Below the pieces are notes generated by a model. The model saw nothing but the letters and a program-made list of their open reading frames with translations. It had not been told where the DNA came from and made no database searches. From the NCBI GenBank assembly GCA_963765495.1, contig CAVXWP010000012.1:96001-160000 (forward strand): a stretch of 64,000 nt of DNA, given 5' to 3'. This DNA is from Blastocatellia bacterium. Its GTDB lineage: Bacteria; Acidobacteriota; Blastocatellia; UBA7656. The position numbers and the translations under genes are program-made. Below, one piece after another: positions 9,197 through 19,104 of this stretch (position 1 is the stretch's first letter; the number at the start of each line of letters is the position of its first letter).

Positions 9197-11731
9197 GTGA
9201 ATCCAACACTCGGCATCGAAATCGGACATTACAAAATCATCTCGCACCTTGGGGCGGGCGGAATGGGTGAGGTCTACCTGGCGGAAGACGCGAGACTGGG
9301 CCGCAAGGTTGCCCTCAAATTGCTTCCCGCGAAATTCGTCAGGGACGAAGAACGATTGCGCCGCTTCGAACAGGAAGCACGCGCCGCTTCGGCGCTCAAT
9401 CATCCAAACATAATCACGATCTATGAAATCGGGCAGACCGATTCTGCTCACTTTATCGCAACCGAGCTTGTTGAGGGCGAGACCTTGCGCTCGTATATGT
9501 CTCGCGTAAAGATCGACCTGGGCGAGATTTTAGACATCGCCATTCAGATAGCCAGCGCGCTTGCGGCGGCGCACGCCGAAGGCATAGTCCACAGAGACAT
9601 AAAGCCTGAGAACGTGATGCTCAGGCCCGACGGGTACGTCAAAGTGCTCGATTTCGGAATCGCAAAACTTGCGGGGAAATTTGCCGAACAGGATACCTCC
9701 GCCGGCAAAAGTGTTTCAGAAGATGAGATGCCAACCGTATCGTTTGTGAAGACCGAGCCGGGAATAGTCGTGGGCAGCCCGAGTTATATGTCGCCCGAAC
9801 AGGCGCGCGGACTCAGCGTGGACGGGCGCACAGACATCTTCAGCCTCGGCGTCATAATCTATGAAATGATCGCGGGTTGCAGGCCGTTTGAAGGGCCTAC
9901 GGTCAGCGACCTGATCGTAGCGTTGCTCGACCGCGAACCTCACGCTCTTTCGCGCTATCGTAAAGACATACCGTCAAAGCTTGAGGCGGTGGTCTTTCAG
10001 GCGCTGGCCAAGGACAGGCAGCAACGCTATCAGACCGCAGAAGAATTGCTCTATGTGCTGAGGCGGCAAAAGCAGCGACAGGAATTCGAAGCCGGGATGG
10101 AGCCTTCCATCCCGCCCAATTTCAACAAGAGAGGCGCGCCCGCCACCGCAGGCGCTAAGAGAGTCGCAAGCGAAACCGTTAAGAGCGGGGCTGCCGACAT
10201 TAGCCAGACGGAATCGGCGCGCACGACCGCGATGGTCGGAAATGTGCTGACCGGAATCAAGCAATCGCGCTCTCGAATGCTCATCGGCCTCGCTGCGCTT
10301 GTGGTTGCGGTCGCATTCGCGCTTGCTTACTGGGGCCTTGGCGGCAAGCCCAAACCGATAGACTCTCTGGCTGTCCTGCCGTTTCTCAACGAAAGCGGCG
10401 ACCCCAACATGGAATACCTTTCAGACGGCATCACCGAAAGCCTCATCAACAAGCTCTCGCAATCGCCAAATTTGAAAGTGATGTCGCGCAACTCGGTCTT
10501 CAAATATAAAGACAGGCAACCCGATGCAAAGACGGTGGCCGGAAATTTCGGCGTGCGCGCGGTCCTTACCGGCAGAATCACCTTGCGAGGCGATCAACTC
10601 ATAGTAAACGTGGACCTCGTTGACGCGGATGACAACAGCCAGGTCTGGGGGCAGCAATATAATCGCAAGCTGTCGGAGATCGTCGCCACCCAGGAAGAGA
10701 TCGCAAAACAGATAGCAGACAAGCTTGAACTCAGGCTCACGGGCGAGTATGAGCGCCGTTTTGCGAAACATTATACGGAGGACAGCGAGGCATATCAGCT
10801 TTATCTGAAAGGCCGCTATCAGTGGAACAAGAGAACCGTCGAAGGGCTGAAGAAGGGCATAGATTTTTTCAATCAGGCTATCGAGGAAGACCCCGGCTAT
10901 GCTCTGGCGCACGCGGGACTGGCCGATTGTTACAGTCTGCTTGGCGAATACGGCGCGCTCCCGATAAGCGACTCTCTTCCAAAAGCAAGGGCGGCGGCCA
11001 CCCGCGCCCTGGAACTCGATGACACGCTGGCCGAAGCTCATACCTCGCTTGCGGCTGTAAACGAATATGAATGGAAGTGGGCGGATGCGGAGCGCGAATA
11101 CAGACAGGCCATCGAGATGAATCCAAATTACGCGACGGCCCGTCACTGGTACGCCGTTTACCTCGGCAGTATGGGAAGGGTAGACGAGGGGCTGGCGCAG
11201 ATAAGGATGGCGCGTGAGCTCGATCCGCTTTCGATAATAATCAGTACGGCTATGGGCAGAATATACCTGAACGGGCGCAGGTATGATGAAGCCATAGAAC
11301 AACTCCGCAAGACGCTCGACGAGGAACCCGATTTCGCCGAAGCCCATTTTCAACTGGCGCTCGCCTTCGAAGGAAAGCGTATGTATGAAGATGCGGTGCG
11401 CGAATTTCAAAAGTATATTGAGCTTAGCGGCGACCGGACGATGACGGCCTGGGTGGGCCGCGCTTATGCTGTCTGGGGGAAAAGAAGCGAGGCCGAGCGC
11501 TACCTTCAGGAAGCCATCAAAAGCGCAAGCGGGCAAACGGTTTCCTCCTATCCGATTGCGGCGATCTATGCGGCGATGGGCGATAAAGAGCGGGCGCTTG
11601 AATGGCTCGAACACGTTTACGCCGACCGCTCGTATTATGTGATCCACCTCAAGACAGACCCGGTCTTCGATAGCCTCCGTTCTGACCCGCGATTTCAGGA
11701 TTTAATGCGGCGCATAGGCTTTACCCCCTGA
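9197..11731 (+). CDS. Hanks-type Ser/Thr protein kinase with TM, TolB-like and TPR domains
   Basis: GAGGMGEV, VALK, HRDIKPEN, DFG, YMSPEQ; SLAVLPF.N; TPR repeats; C-terminal LRSDPRF. Confidence 0.95.
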   Translation: MNPTLGIEIGHYKIISHLGAGGMGEVYLAEDARLGRKVALKLLPAKFVRDEERLRRFEQEARAASALNHPNIITIYEIGQTDSAHFIATELVEGETLRSYMSRVKIDLGEILDIAIQIASALAAAHAEGIVHRDIKPENVMLRPDGYVKVLDFGIAKLAGKFAEQDTSAGKSVSEDEMPTVSFVKTEPGIVVGSPSYMSPEQARGLSVDGRTDIFSLGVIIYEMIAGCRPFEGPTVSDLIVALLDREPHALSRYRKDIPSKLEAVVFQALAKDRQQRYQTAEELLYVLRRQKQRQEFEAGMEPSIPPNFNKRGAPATAGAKRVASETVKSGAADISQTESARTTAMVGNVLTGIKQSRSRMLIGLAALVVAVAFALAYWGLGGKPKPIDSLAVLPFLNESGDPNMEYLSDGITESLINKLSQSPNLKVMSRNSVFKYKDRQPDAKTVAGNFGVRAVLTGRITLRGDQLIVNVDLVDADDNSQVWGQQYNRKLSEIVATQEEIAKQIADKLELRLTGEYERRFAKHYTEDSEAYQLYLKGRYQWNKRTVEGLKKGIDFFNQAIEEDPGYALAHAGLADCYSLLGEYGALPISDSLPKARAAATRALELDDTLAEAHTSLAAVNEYEWKWADAEREYRQAIEMNPNYATARHWYAVYLGSMGRVDEGLAQIRMARELDPLSIIISTAMGRIYLNGRRYDEAIEQLRKTLDEEPDFAEAHFQLALAFEGKRMYEDAVREFQKYIELSGDRTMTAWVGRAYAVWGKRSEAERYLQEAIKSASGQTVSSYPIAAIYAAMGDKERALEWLEHVYADRSYYVIHLKTDPVFDSLRSDPRFQDLMRRIGFTP

Positions 11732-11889
11732 TGTCTGACGCCGCTGCCGGCATTTGTCAATCCGGCGATATTTCACCTAACAAAAAATGTTATTCAAATC
11801 CTATTCATCTGGGTACGGCGTCTCTTGCCGGGCCGGGATTTGTGATTCCAGCGCCTTAATTGTCCGCAAATCTCGAACCCGGGTATATC

Positions 11890-11905
11890 TGGTATCAAAA
11901 CTGCC
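11890..11905 (+). promoter_or_regulatory. Candidate sigma-54 promoter
   Basis: TGGTATCAAAACTGCC (GG-N10-GC) 55 bp upstream of ATG 11960. Confidence 0.45.
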
Positions 11906-11959
11906 ATAAGAATATGAACCCCAGACCAGGCAGAAGAGATTTTATTAGGAGAAACGGCC

Positions 11960-12541
11960 ATGAGATGTCCGAACTGTCATAACGAAGTGTCGGAATCGGG
12001 TAGCTGCCCTGGATGCAGCCAGCAAACAACCAGAAGCCGACACGAGAAGGAACAGGAACAAGAGCGCGAGGCCCGTCAGCAGGCCATGCAGGGCCAGAAA
12101 CGGGAACGCGAGAAAAAAGCTAAACGAGCAAACCGGGGAGCAACCGGGATGGCATCCTTGCTGGTCGTCGCTATAGTTCTGGTCGCGGGCGTGCTGGGTT
12201 GTTACTATATCGTATACTCTCATTACGACTCGAAACAAGTTGACGCCAAAGCAGCGCTGGCCTTGATGGAGCAGTTTCGTCATCTGGCTTCGAATCAGGA
12301 GGGTATTACCGTCGATCAATTCATCGACAAAGAGTTTCAGCGTTACAAACATAACGGCACTCTGCTCAAATATCAGGGATGGAAGGTCAATGTCATAAAA
12401 GGGACGGAGACCAGATTTCTGATCATCTTTACTTTTGAAGATACACAAAATGTCGAGCATCGCGCCGAGTGGCTTGCCGATCTTAAGCAAAAAACTTTCA
12501 CTCCGCAGACGGAACTGGCATCGGCGGCTTATAAACGATAA
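11960..12541 (+). CDS. Hypothetical membrane-anchored protein with N-terminal zinc ribbon
   Basis: AGGAG RBS; CPNC...CPGC, charged helix, single TM segment. Confidence 0.7.
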   Translation: MRCPNCHNEVSESGSCPGCSQQTTRSRHEKEQEQEREARQQAMQGQKREREKKAKRANRGATGMASLLVVAIVLVAGVLGCYYIVYSHYDSKQVDAKAALALMEQFRHLASNQEGITVDQFIDKEFQRYKHNGTLLKYQGWKVNVIKGTETRFLIIFTFEDTQNVEHRAEWLADLKQKTFTPQTELASAAYKR

Positions 12542-12558
12542 GAGACGCGACTCTCAAT

Positions 12559-14091
12559 TCAGCGAAATCTCCTGGAGTCTATAGCGTATTTCTTCACCTT
12601 GTATCCGAGTATGCGTTCGGTCGTATCCAGAAGCTTTGCCGAACGGGAGACGTTACCTCGCGTAGTCTTGAGCGCGTCCACGATCAGGTCTTTTTCGTAA
12701 GCTTCCACGGCTGCCGATAATGACAGCCGCGTGACGGTCCCGCTTGCCGAAGCGGTCTGCAAGGTTGGAGGCAGGTGGTGACCGTGTATGACATGCCCGT
12801 CGCAGACAAGCGCGGCGCGCTCGATACAATTTTCCAGTTCGCGCACGTTGCCGGGCCAGTGATACGAAGTCAGCATATCGATGGCCGGTGTCGAGATGCG
12901 CTTTATGTCCTTTCCGTGTTCGAGCGCGTATTTCTCTAAGAAGTAATCGGCCAGAAGCATCACATCCGACTTGCGTTCTCTGAGCGGCGGCACGAATATA
13001 GTGAACACGTCGAGCCTGTAAAAGAGGTCCTCGCGAAAGGCTCCTTCGACAATCCCTTTTTCCAGGTCTTTGTTTGTGGCCGCGATCAACCGCACATTGA
13101 CCTTGACCGACTCGATCCCGCCCAGCCGCTCAAACTCGCGCTCCTGCAATACCCTGAGCAACTTCACCTGTGTCGAGAGGTTGAGATCGCCTATTTCATC
13201 AAGGAAGAGCGTGCCGCCTTCGGCCATATCGAAGCGCCCCTTCTTGCGGCCCTGCGCGCCTGTGAAAGCGCCCTTCTCATAGCCGAATAATTCGGATTCG
13301 ATCAACGTGTCGGGAAGCGCCGCGCAACTCACCTTTACAAACGGCTTCTTTGCCCGTGGCGAGTTGTAGTGAATCGCGTGGGCGATCAACTCTTTGCCCG
13401 TGCCGGATTCGCCGCGTATCAACACGGTGGTGTTTGTGGGCGCAACCTGAGCCACGTGTTCGTAGACCTGTCGTATGGGGCCGCTGTTGCCTATGATGTT
13501 TGAAAAATCGTAGCGCTCCTTTAATTCCTGTTTCAGATGGATGTTCTCGTCAAGGAGTCGCTGTCGTTCGGTTCCGACTATCTGCTGAATCTTGAGCGCC
13601 TGCGCTATCATCGAGGCGACCACGCGCAGAAACTTGACTGTGCGTTCGTAATCGCGGCCCTGCTTGAATATCAGATCGACGCCAATCGCGCCCACCGTCT
13701 TGCGATTGAGCACGATGGGCACGCAGATAAAGCTTCTCTCCTGATGCTTCTTCTGTTTTGCGCGCGCCGTTCGGTTTGAGATCAGAGGTTCCTGGCTGAC
13801 CTGTGGCACGACGACCGGCTTGCCGCTTTCGATGACGCGGCCCGTTATGCCTTCGCCCAGTCGGACGCCGTCGGCCTCTCCATCTGCGCTCACGCCGTTG
13901 GCCGCTTCCACGTAAAGCTCTTCCGTCCCTTCCCTGAGCAGGGTTATGCGACTGAAGATCATTCCGTGATGGCGTTCGAGTATTTCAAGTACGCGATGAA
14001 GCGCCGCCTTAAGTTTGAGCGCGCCCGAAAGGGCCTGACTCACCTCGACAAGCGTCGTCATTTTTCTGGTCTCAGCCGTCTGATCCGCCAT
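12559..14091 (-). CDS. GAF-AAA+-HTH sigma-54 enhancer-binding protein (NifA-like architecture)
   Basis: GAF domain, [30 protein letters not shown], Fis-type HTH. Confidence 0.93.
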   Translation of the reverse strand: MADQTAETRKMTTLVEVSQALSGALKLKAALHRVLEILERHHGMIFSRITLLREGTEELYVEAANGVSADGEADGVRLGEGITGRVIESGKPVVVPQVSQEPLISNRTARAKQKKHQERSFICVPIVLNRKTVGAIGVDLIFKQGRDYERTVKFLRVVASMIAQALKIQQIVGTERQRLLDENIHLKQELKERYDFSNIIGNSGPIRQVYEHVAQVAPTNTTVLIRGESGTGKELIAHAIHYNSPRAKKPFVKVSCAALPDTLIESELFGYEKGAFTGAQGRKKGRFDMAEGGTLFLDEIGDLNLSTQVKLLRVLQEREFERLGGIESVKVNVRLIAATNKDLEKGIVEGAFREDLFYRLDVFTIFVPPLRERKSDVMLLADYFLEKYALEHGKDIKRISTPAIDMLTSYHWPGNVRELENCIERAALVCDGHVIHGHHLPPTLQTASASGTVTRLSLSAAVEAYEKDLIVDALKTTRGNVSRSAKLLDTTERILGYKVKKYAIDSRRFR

Positions 14092-14180
14092 AAGCCCTCT
14101 TCCTACAATTTTATCGGTCCGGTCATTTGTAAAGACGTAATTGTAGGACAGCGAAAGCGCAATCAGTCAAGCGATTTTTA

Positions 14181-14280
14181 ATGCGTGATGCATTCGATGA
14201 TGCGTGATGCGTGATGCGTGACTTTCAGGCGGATGGCTGTTTATGTGCTGATTTCAAATCTCACGAACCACCATCATCAC
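14181..14280. repeat. Heptamer palindrome, GTGATGC family (degenerate right arm)
   Basis: (GTGATGC)n left arm, core ctttcaggcgga..., right arm tcacgaaccaccatcatcac. Confidence 0.8.
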
Positions 14281-14289
14281 TCGGACGGT

Positions 14290-14901
14290 TCAGGTTCGCG
14301 CAGGTTTTCTCTCGGTCCATTTTGGCAGGTATTTGTTCAGTATCCGGTAGACGAGAAGGATCGCAAGCGCCACGCCGAAAGCAACAGGCAGCCGCGTGTC
14401 GGCTTTCACAAGCATCCAGTAATGAACGACGCCCGCCGCCGCCGCGAAATATACCGCTTTGTGCAACTGCCGCCAGCGCTTTCCTCCGAGTCGCTTGACC
14501 ATACTGTTTGTCGAAGTGATCGCAAGCGGAACCATCAAAAAGAAGCCGAGCATTCCAATCGCGATAAACGGGCGTTTTAGTATGTCTCTTCCGGCTTCCG
14601 CGAGATTGAACGACTTGTCAAACCAGAAATAGGTGATCAAATGCAGGAAGCCATAAAAGAAGGCGTACAACCCCAGCATCCGGCGCACTTTTATCAGCCA
14701 TGGAAGCCCGAGCATCTTTCTGAGAGGCGTGACCGCGAGCGACAAAAGCAGGAATACGAGCGTGAGCGTCCCCGTCGTATGCGTGACAAATTCCAGTGGG
14801 TTGGCTCCAAGCCTGTGATGATAGGCGTCCCATCCAAGCAAGACTATCGGAACAAGCGCGTTTATGAATACCAGCCGTTTTGCAAATTGTATCTCTTCCA
14901 C
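14290..14901 (-). CDS. msrQ: Methionine-sulfoxide reductase heme-binding subunit MsrQ
   Basis: RRMLGLYAFFY..LH, LAITS, W..LH..VY motifs; adjacent to msrP. Confidence 0.95.
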   Translation of the reverse strand: MEEIQFAKRLVFINALVPIVLLGWDAYHHRLGANPLEFVTHTTGTLTLVFLLLSLAVTPLRKMLGLPWLIKVRRMLGLYAFFYGFLHLITYFWFDKSFNLAEAGRDILKRPFIAIGMLGFFLMVPLAITSTNSMVKRLGGKRWRQLHKAVYFAAAAGVVHYWMLVKADTRLPVAFGVALAILLVYRILNKYLPKWTERKPART

Positions 14902-14915
14902 CCTTTACGCTCCCG

Positions 14916-15887
14916 TTAAAAATTGACTCGCAGATCCATCCCCCGGTAGAGTTGCGCGACCTGATCGCCGTAGCCGTTGAAGAGCAACGTATCGCGGCGG
15001 CCAAATTCGCCTATGCGGCGCTCGGTCGCCTGGCTCCATCGCGGATGGTCTACGTCGGGGTTTACGTTTGAGTAAAACCCGTACTCATTTGGCGCGTAGG
15101 TGCTCCAGGTGGTCGCAGGCTGGCGCTCGACCAGATTTATCTTCACGATAGACTTTATGCTCTTGAATCCGTATTTCCACGGCACTACAAGTCTGATCGG
15201 CGCTCCGTCCTGCGGCGGAAGCTGCTTGCCGTAAAGCCCTGTGGCAAGCAACGTGAACGGATGTGTGGCCTCATCGAGCCGCAGCCCTTCCACATAAGGC
15301 CAGTCGAGCACGTTTGTGGTTTGATTGGGCATGCGGGTCGGGTCAAGCAGAGTAACAAACTGAACATACTTTGCCTGCGAGGTCGGCTCTACCGCGTCGA
15401 GAAGGCGGGCGAGCGGAAAGCCAAGCCACGGGATCACCATAGACCATCCTTCCACGCATCGAAGCCGGTATATGCGCTCTTCGGGTGGATACAGCTTTAC
15501 AAGATCGTCTATGTCATAGACCCCCGGTTTATTTACCAGACCTTCGACCGACACGGTCCAGGGCCGCGTGACAAAACCGCTTGCCTTTGACGCGACCCCC
15601 CCCTTGTTTGTGGTGAATTCATAAAAATTGTTGTAATGCGTGATGTCCTGATAAGAAGTCAGGCTCTCGCCCGCAACCGTTGTTCCCGAGGCGGCAGGCT
15701 GCGGGCTTGCGCCGTCTGTGGCGGCGGGCGCGGATTGAGACTGCCCGGTCAGCTTTCGATAGAGCAGCCCCGTAGCCACTGCCGAGCTGGCAAGCACAGC
15801 ACTGCGTATAAATGCGCGGCGGTTTGTGTATACGGCTTCGTCCGTGATTTCGCTGCTTTTAATATCTTCCGGTCTCTTGATCAACAT
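14916..15887 (-). CDS. msrP: Methionine-sulfoxide reductase catalytic subunit MsrP
   Basis: Tat signal NRRAFI; [41 protein letters not shown]. Confidence 0.97.
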   Translation of the reverse strand: MLIKRPEDIKSSEITDEAVYTNRRAFIRSAVLASSAVATGLLYRKLTGQSQSAPAATDGASPQPAASGTTVAGESLTSYQDITHYNNFYEFTTNKGGVASKASGFVTRPWTVSVEGLVNKPGVYDIDDLVKLYPPEERIYRLRCVEGWSMVIPWLGFPLARLLDAVEPTSQAKYVQFVTLLDPTRMPNQTTNVLDWPYVEGLRLDEATHPFTLLATGLYGKQLPPQDGAPIRLVVPWKYGFKSIKSIVKINLVERQPATTWSTYAPNEYGFYSNVNPDVDHPRWSQATERRIGEFGRRDTLLFNGYGDQVAQLYRGMDLRVNF

Positions 15888-15912
15888 TTCTGACTCTCTC
15901 CTCGCGCGATGC

Positions 15913-15963
15913 CGCCTTTAATAGACGCTTTAATAGACGCCTTTAATTGACGCTTTTAATAAA
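15913..15963. repeat. Four imperfect 12-13 bp tandem repeats upstream of msrP
   Basis: cgcctttaataga / cgctttaataga / cgcctttaattga / cgcttttaataaa. Confidence 0.8.
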
Positions 15964-16007
15964 TACTATCACGAATCGGATAAATGGCTCTCGTAGGGTG
16001 CAAGCGA

Positions 16008-16085
16008 TCAGCAGTAGCCATAGAGGGGCACCGCAGGCACAGAGAAAAGATTATAAAAATCTCTGTGTCTTTGTGACTCTGTGGC
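16008..16085. repeat. 8-mer-based palindromic element (CACAGAG family), copy 1
   Basis: Close match to the reverse complement of 63479-63555, including the AT-rich loop aaaagattataaaaat. Confidence 0.85.
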
Positions 16086-16177
16086 AAATCTCTCCCTTTC
16101 TGAACAGATACCGTCGGGCAAAATCGCTCTTACTTATAAATACCGCGCAGAAGATTTTTATTCCGGCCCTTTGCGCG

Positions 16178-16966
16178 CTAATCGATATAGCGCGATTGAG
16201 CGCGATGCTGTCGCTCGATCTCTTCGAGGATGGATTCTGGCGAGAGTTGATCGGCGTTGATGCCGAGCCGGGTTGAGATCGGATGAGCGATCCGAGCGGC
16301 GAGCGCGGAGCGATTCGGCTCAGGCAATTCAAACCTGCGCTTCAGAAAAGTCTCGACCGCATACACCTCGCGTTCGGTGAGCAACCGTGTATCGGCGCTA
16401 AAGGGCGCAGGACTTGCGCGCTCAAGACGTTGCTGCTCGATCTCCGAAATTTTTATGATCTCTTCGAGTGAAGGAGCTTCCGTGGCGCGCTCCTTTACGA
16501 CTACGGTTCCGGCGACGAAATCCCCGATGCGCTTCGACCTCGGGCTGAAGATTATCGAGACCACGCCTATGGCATAAGAGGGGAAGGGCTGTAAATCAAC
16601 AAAGCGGAGAAGGTTTCTTACAAATGCTTCGAAGAACCTGACCGGACGCCCGTCTTCGCGCACCACACGCAACCGCATTATGCGCTTGCCCGGAGTCTGC
16701 CCGCTCCAGATAGTTTCAAAGACCACAAAGTAGCCCCAGTAAACGGCAAAAACCGCAAGCACGGTCAGAGCCGCCGTCCACGTACTCATGGAATTAAAGA
16801 TATTCCACTTGCCTGCCGCCAAGGCAATGAGTCCAATCGCAGTTATCACCGCAAGCTGAATCAGGTGGTCTATGGCCGCGGCCAGAAAGCGGTTGCCAAC
16901 GTTTGCCAGCACGTAATGCAATTCCACGCGCTCAGGCGTCTCGATTACCAGTTCATCATCCAGCAT
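16178..16966 (-). CDS. RDD family membrane protein
   Basis: IETPE.V, RFLAAAID, GQTPGKR, KRIGDFVAGT motifs. Confidence 0.92.
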   Translation of the reverse strand: MLDDELVIETPERVELHYVLANVGNRFLAAAIDHLIQLAVITAIGLIALAAGKWNIFNSMSTWTAALTVLAVFAVYWGYFVVFETIWSGQTPGKRIMRLRVVREDGRPVRFFEAFVRNLLRFVDLQPFPSYAIGVVSIIFSPRSKRIGDFVAGTVVVKERATEAPSLEEIIKISEIEQQRLERASPAPFSADTRLLTEREVYAVETFLKRRFELPEPNRSALAARIAHPISTRLGINADQLSPESILEEIERQHRAQSRYID

Positions 16967-16979
16967 ATTGCACTAAGTA

Positions 16980-17104
16980 GATGCGTTCGATGATGCGCGA
17001 TGCGTGATACGTGATTTTCAAGCGGGTGCTTGTCAAAAATGATTTGCAAGCTCGGTAAAATCACGCATCGCGCATCACGCATCATCGAACGCATCACGCA
17101 TCAC
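16980..17104. repeat. Heptamer palindrome, GTGATGC family
   Basis: 39-bp arms (16980-17018 / 17057-17095) with 3 mismatches; overlaps the tmk stop. Confidence 0.9.
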
Positions 17105-17741
17105 TAACCATTTTCTCAACAAGCGGCAGAACGAGCGAGAGGACCGCTTTATGCGTCTCTTCGACTGAGCCGCTCGCGTTGATTGTGCGAATGCGATCAG
17201 GGTACCCCGCCGCCAGATTCAAGTATCCTTCGCGGACTCGCCTGTGAAAATCAAGCTTCTCTTCATCAAGCGCCCCGAGCAGTCCGCCCACGGGGCGAGC
17301 GCCCCGCCTTCTTTGCGCCGTCTCCGGCTCCAGGTCGAACAATATGGTCAGGTCAGGCGCGAAACCTTTAGTGGCAAAATTGTTCAACTCGTCTATCATC
17401 GCAAGGTTCAGCCCGCGCCCGTAGCCTTGAAAGGCTACCGTAGAATCCGTGTGACGATCCGAGATTACTACCCCGCCCGCTTCGACGCCCGGTCTTATCA
17501 CCTCGGCCACGTGTTGAGCGCGGCTTGCGGCCATCAATAAAAGCTCGGTCGTAGGCGTCATCTTTGCGCTCTCACCTGAAACCATAAGAGCGCGGATGTG
17601 CTCGCCTGTGGGAGTGCCGCCCGGTTCGCGCGTGGTTATAGTCTCGATTCCACAGTTTTCGAGCGTGCGTGCGAGCATACGCATTTGAGTGCTCTTCCCG
17701 CACCCGTCTATGCCCTCAAGTGTTATAAAGAGACCGCGCAT
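17094..17741 (-). CDS. tmk: Thymidylate kinase
   Basis: FITLEGIDGCGKSTQ, TREPGG, SDR..DST.AFQG motifs. Confidence 0.96.
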   Translation of the reverse strand: MRGLFITLEGIDGCGKSTQMRMLARTLENCGIETITTREPGGTPTGEHIRALMVSGESAKMTPTTELLLMAASRAQHVAEVIRPGVEAGGVVISDRHTDSTVAFQGYGRGLNLAMIDELNNFATKGFAPDLTILFDLEPETAQRRRGARPVGGLLGALDEEKLDFHRRVREGYLNLAAGYPDRIRTINASGSVEETHKAVLSLVLPLVEKMVSDA

Positions 17742-17904
17742 ATATCGATTCTTTCAGGCTCCCCGGACGCGGGCCGTGAGTTTGATTCAGCCGTTTGATA
17801 GAGACCGGCGCGTCAAAAGTGTTCCCAAATTACTTGGGCTGCCGTGTCAGGGGCAGCCCAGGGTCTTCAAGATTGGTGTGAATCACAAATCCGCAACGAG
17901 AATT

Positions 17905-18258
17905 TCAAGACCTCTCCTGATTTGAAGCCGTACTGGATTGTGCACCTGGCGCAGGCTCTGCGTGATGTTCGCGCTCTGCGTGGTGTTCACGCTCAACGCG
18001 ATCCCCTACAGAAGGTCCGCGAGGATGATAGTAATCACGCCCGCCGCCGCGCGGCAACGACACGGTCGAGATGGCGTGTTTGAAGATCAGTTGCTCTTGT
18101 GAACCGGCTTCAAGAATCACAGAATATTTGTCGAAACTCTTTATCCTTCCGGTGAGCTTGACGCCGCTCATGAGGTAGATTGTCACATTGCTTCGCTCTT
18201 TGCGGGCACTGTTGAGAAAGCTGTCTTGTATTGTGTTTTGTTGTGAAGTTTTTTCCAT
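17905..18258 (-). CDS. hfq: RNA chaperone Hfq
   Basis: IQDSFLN..RKE..V.IYL..G.KL.G.I.SFD.Y...[11 protein letters not shown]. Confidence 0.96.
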   Translation of the reverse strand: MEKTSQQNTIQDSFLNSARKERSNVTIYLMSGVKLTGRIKSFDKYSVILEAGSQEQLIFKHAISTVSLPRGGGRDYYHPRGPSVGDRVEREHHAEREHHAEPAPGAQSSTASNQERS

Positions 18259-18352
18259 TAAACGATTCTCCCCCCAGGCTAAAAAGTTAAATAGGGTGTT
18301 TGAAAGCTAACACAATTAACTCATTACGGGCAAGGGTTTGCGCCCGGAGCGC

Positions 18353-18381
18353 TTGACACTATCCGCTTCATCAACTAAAAA
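18353..18381 (+). promoter_or_regulatory. Sigma-70-type promoter of the DUF4912-GH57 operon
   Basis: TTGACA-N17-TAAAAC. Confidence 0.5.
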
Positions 18382-18417
18382 CTACCTTTCCATTTTCAAG
18401 TACAAGGAGATGCATTT

Positions 18418-19032
18418 TTGTCTGTGTTTGGTCCATCCTTATCCATCGAAAAATATGAGGGGGCTTTCACCTCGCAACCTTCAATCGCTATCGCCGTGAA
18501 CGAGACCGTATCATTCGTTCCAGACAGCTACGATATAGATATGATCCGTGCCATAGTCCAGGATCCGTCCCATATATTCGTCTACTGGGAATTGCGCAGG
18601 GACACGCTTCGGGCCTTGAGTCGGTATTTTCCGACCGAAGAAGTGGCGACCTTTCATACGGCGCTCAGGCAAATCGAGGTCAATAGCCGCGAGGAAAGTT
18701 TTTTTGCCGTCGAGCAACAGGACAATTACTGGGTAGAGGCTGCCCCCGGGCGCGAGTATGAATTTGAAATAGGCGTGCGCTCGCCCCTACACGGTTACAT
18801 TGCCATAGTCAGGTCCAACCGCGTCCATACGCCTGAGGCCGTCATTTCGAGTAAACCGCCCGCTGAAAGCGAGTACAAATCAGACATACGGGGGTTCAGC
18901 AAAATGGTCGAGGCCTCAGGTTTTTCAGCAGAACAGGTTGCGCCCGCGTCCGCAATACCCGAAGAAGGCGAAGATCGCTATGAGGGAGAGCTTCCGCTCT
19001 CGCCTTCGAGCGATAAACTGATTCGCGCATAA
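18418..19032 (+). CDS. DUF4912 domain protein
   Basis: P.SY......QDP..IFVYWE and RSNRV.TP motifs; usual neighbour of GH57 branching enzymes; AAGGAG RBS. Confidence 0.8.
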   Translation: MSVFGPSLSIEKYEGAFTSQPSIAIAVNETVSFVPDSYDIDMIRAIVQDPSHIFVYWELRRDTLRALSRYFPTEEVATFHTALRQIEVNSREESFFAVEQQDNYWVEAAPGREYEFEIGVRSPLHGYIAIVRSNRVHTPEAVISSKPPAESEYKSDIRGFSKMVEASGFSAEQVAPASAIPEEGEDRYEGELPLSPSSDKLIRA

Positions 19033-19040
19033 GGACAACA

Positions 19041-19104
19041 GATTTGAGATCTGAGATCTGAGATTTGAGATCCAAAATCACGAATCACACGTCACGCATC
19101 ACAA
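19041..19104. repeat. Hybrid heptamer palindrome (GAGATYT left arm, ATCACGM right arm)
   Basis: By hand alignment, 19 of 28 positions pair Watson-Crick plus 3 G-U, in heptamer register. Confidence 0.7.

Noticed and set aside
10421-11647. 408-aa antisense ORF, and similar ones at 21188-22120, 45885-48299 and 56201-56947
   Set aside because: They lie opposite well-supported genes, show no motifs, and are expected shadows in GC-rich coding DNA.
12559-14091. nifA and nitrogen fixation
   Set aside because: The GAF-AAA-HTH architecture is generic and no nif genes are in the window.
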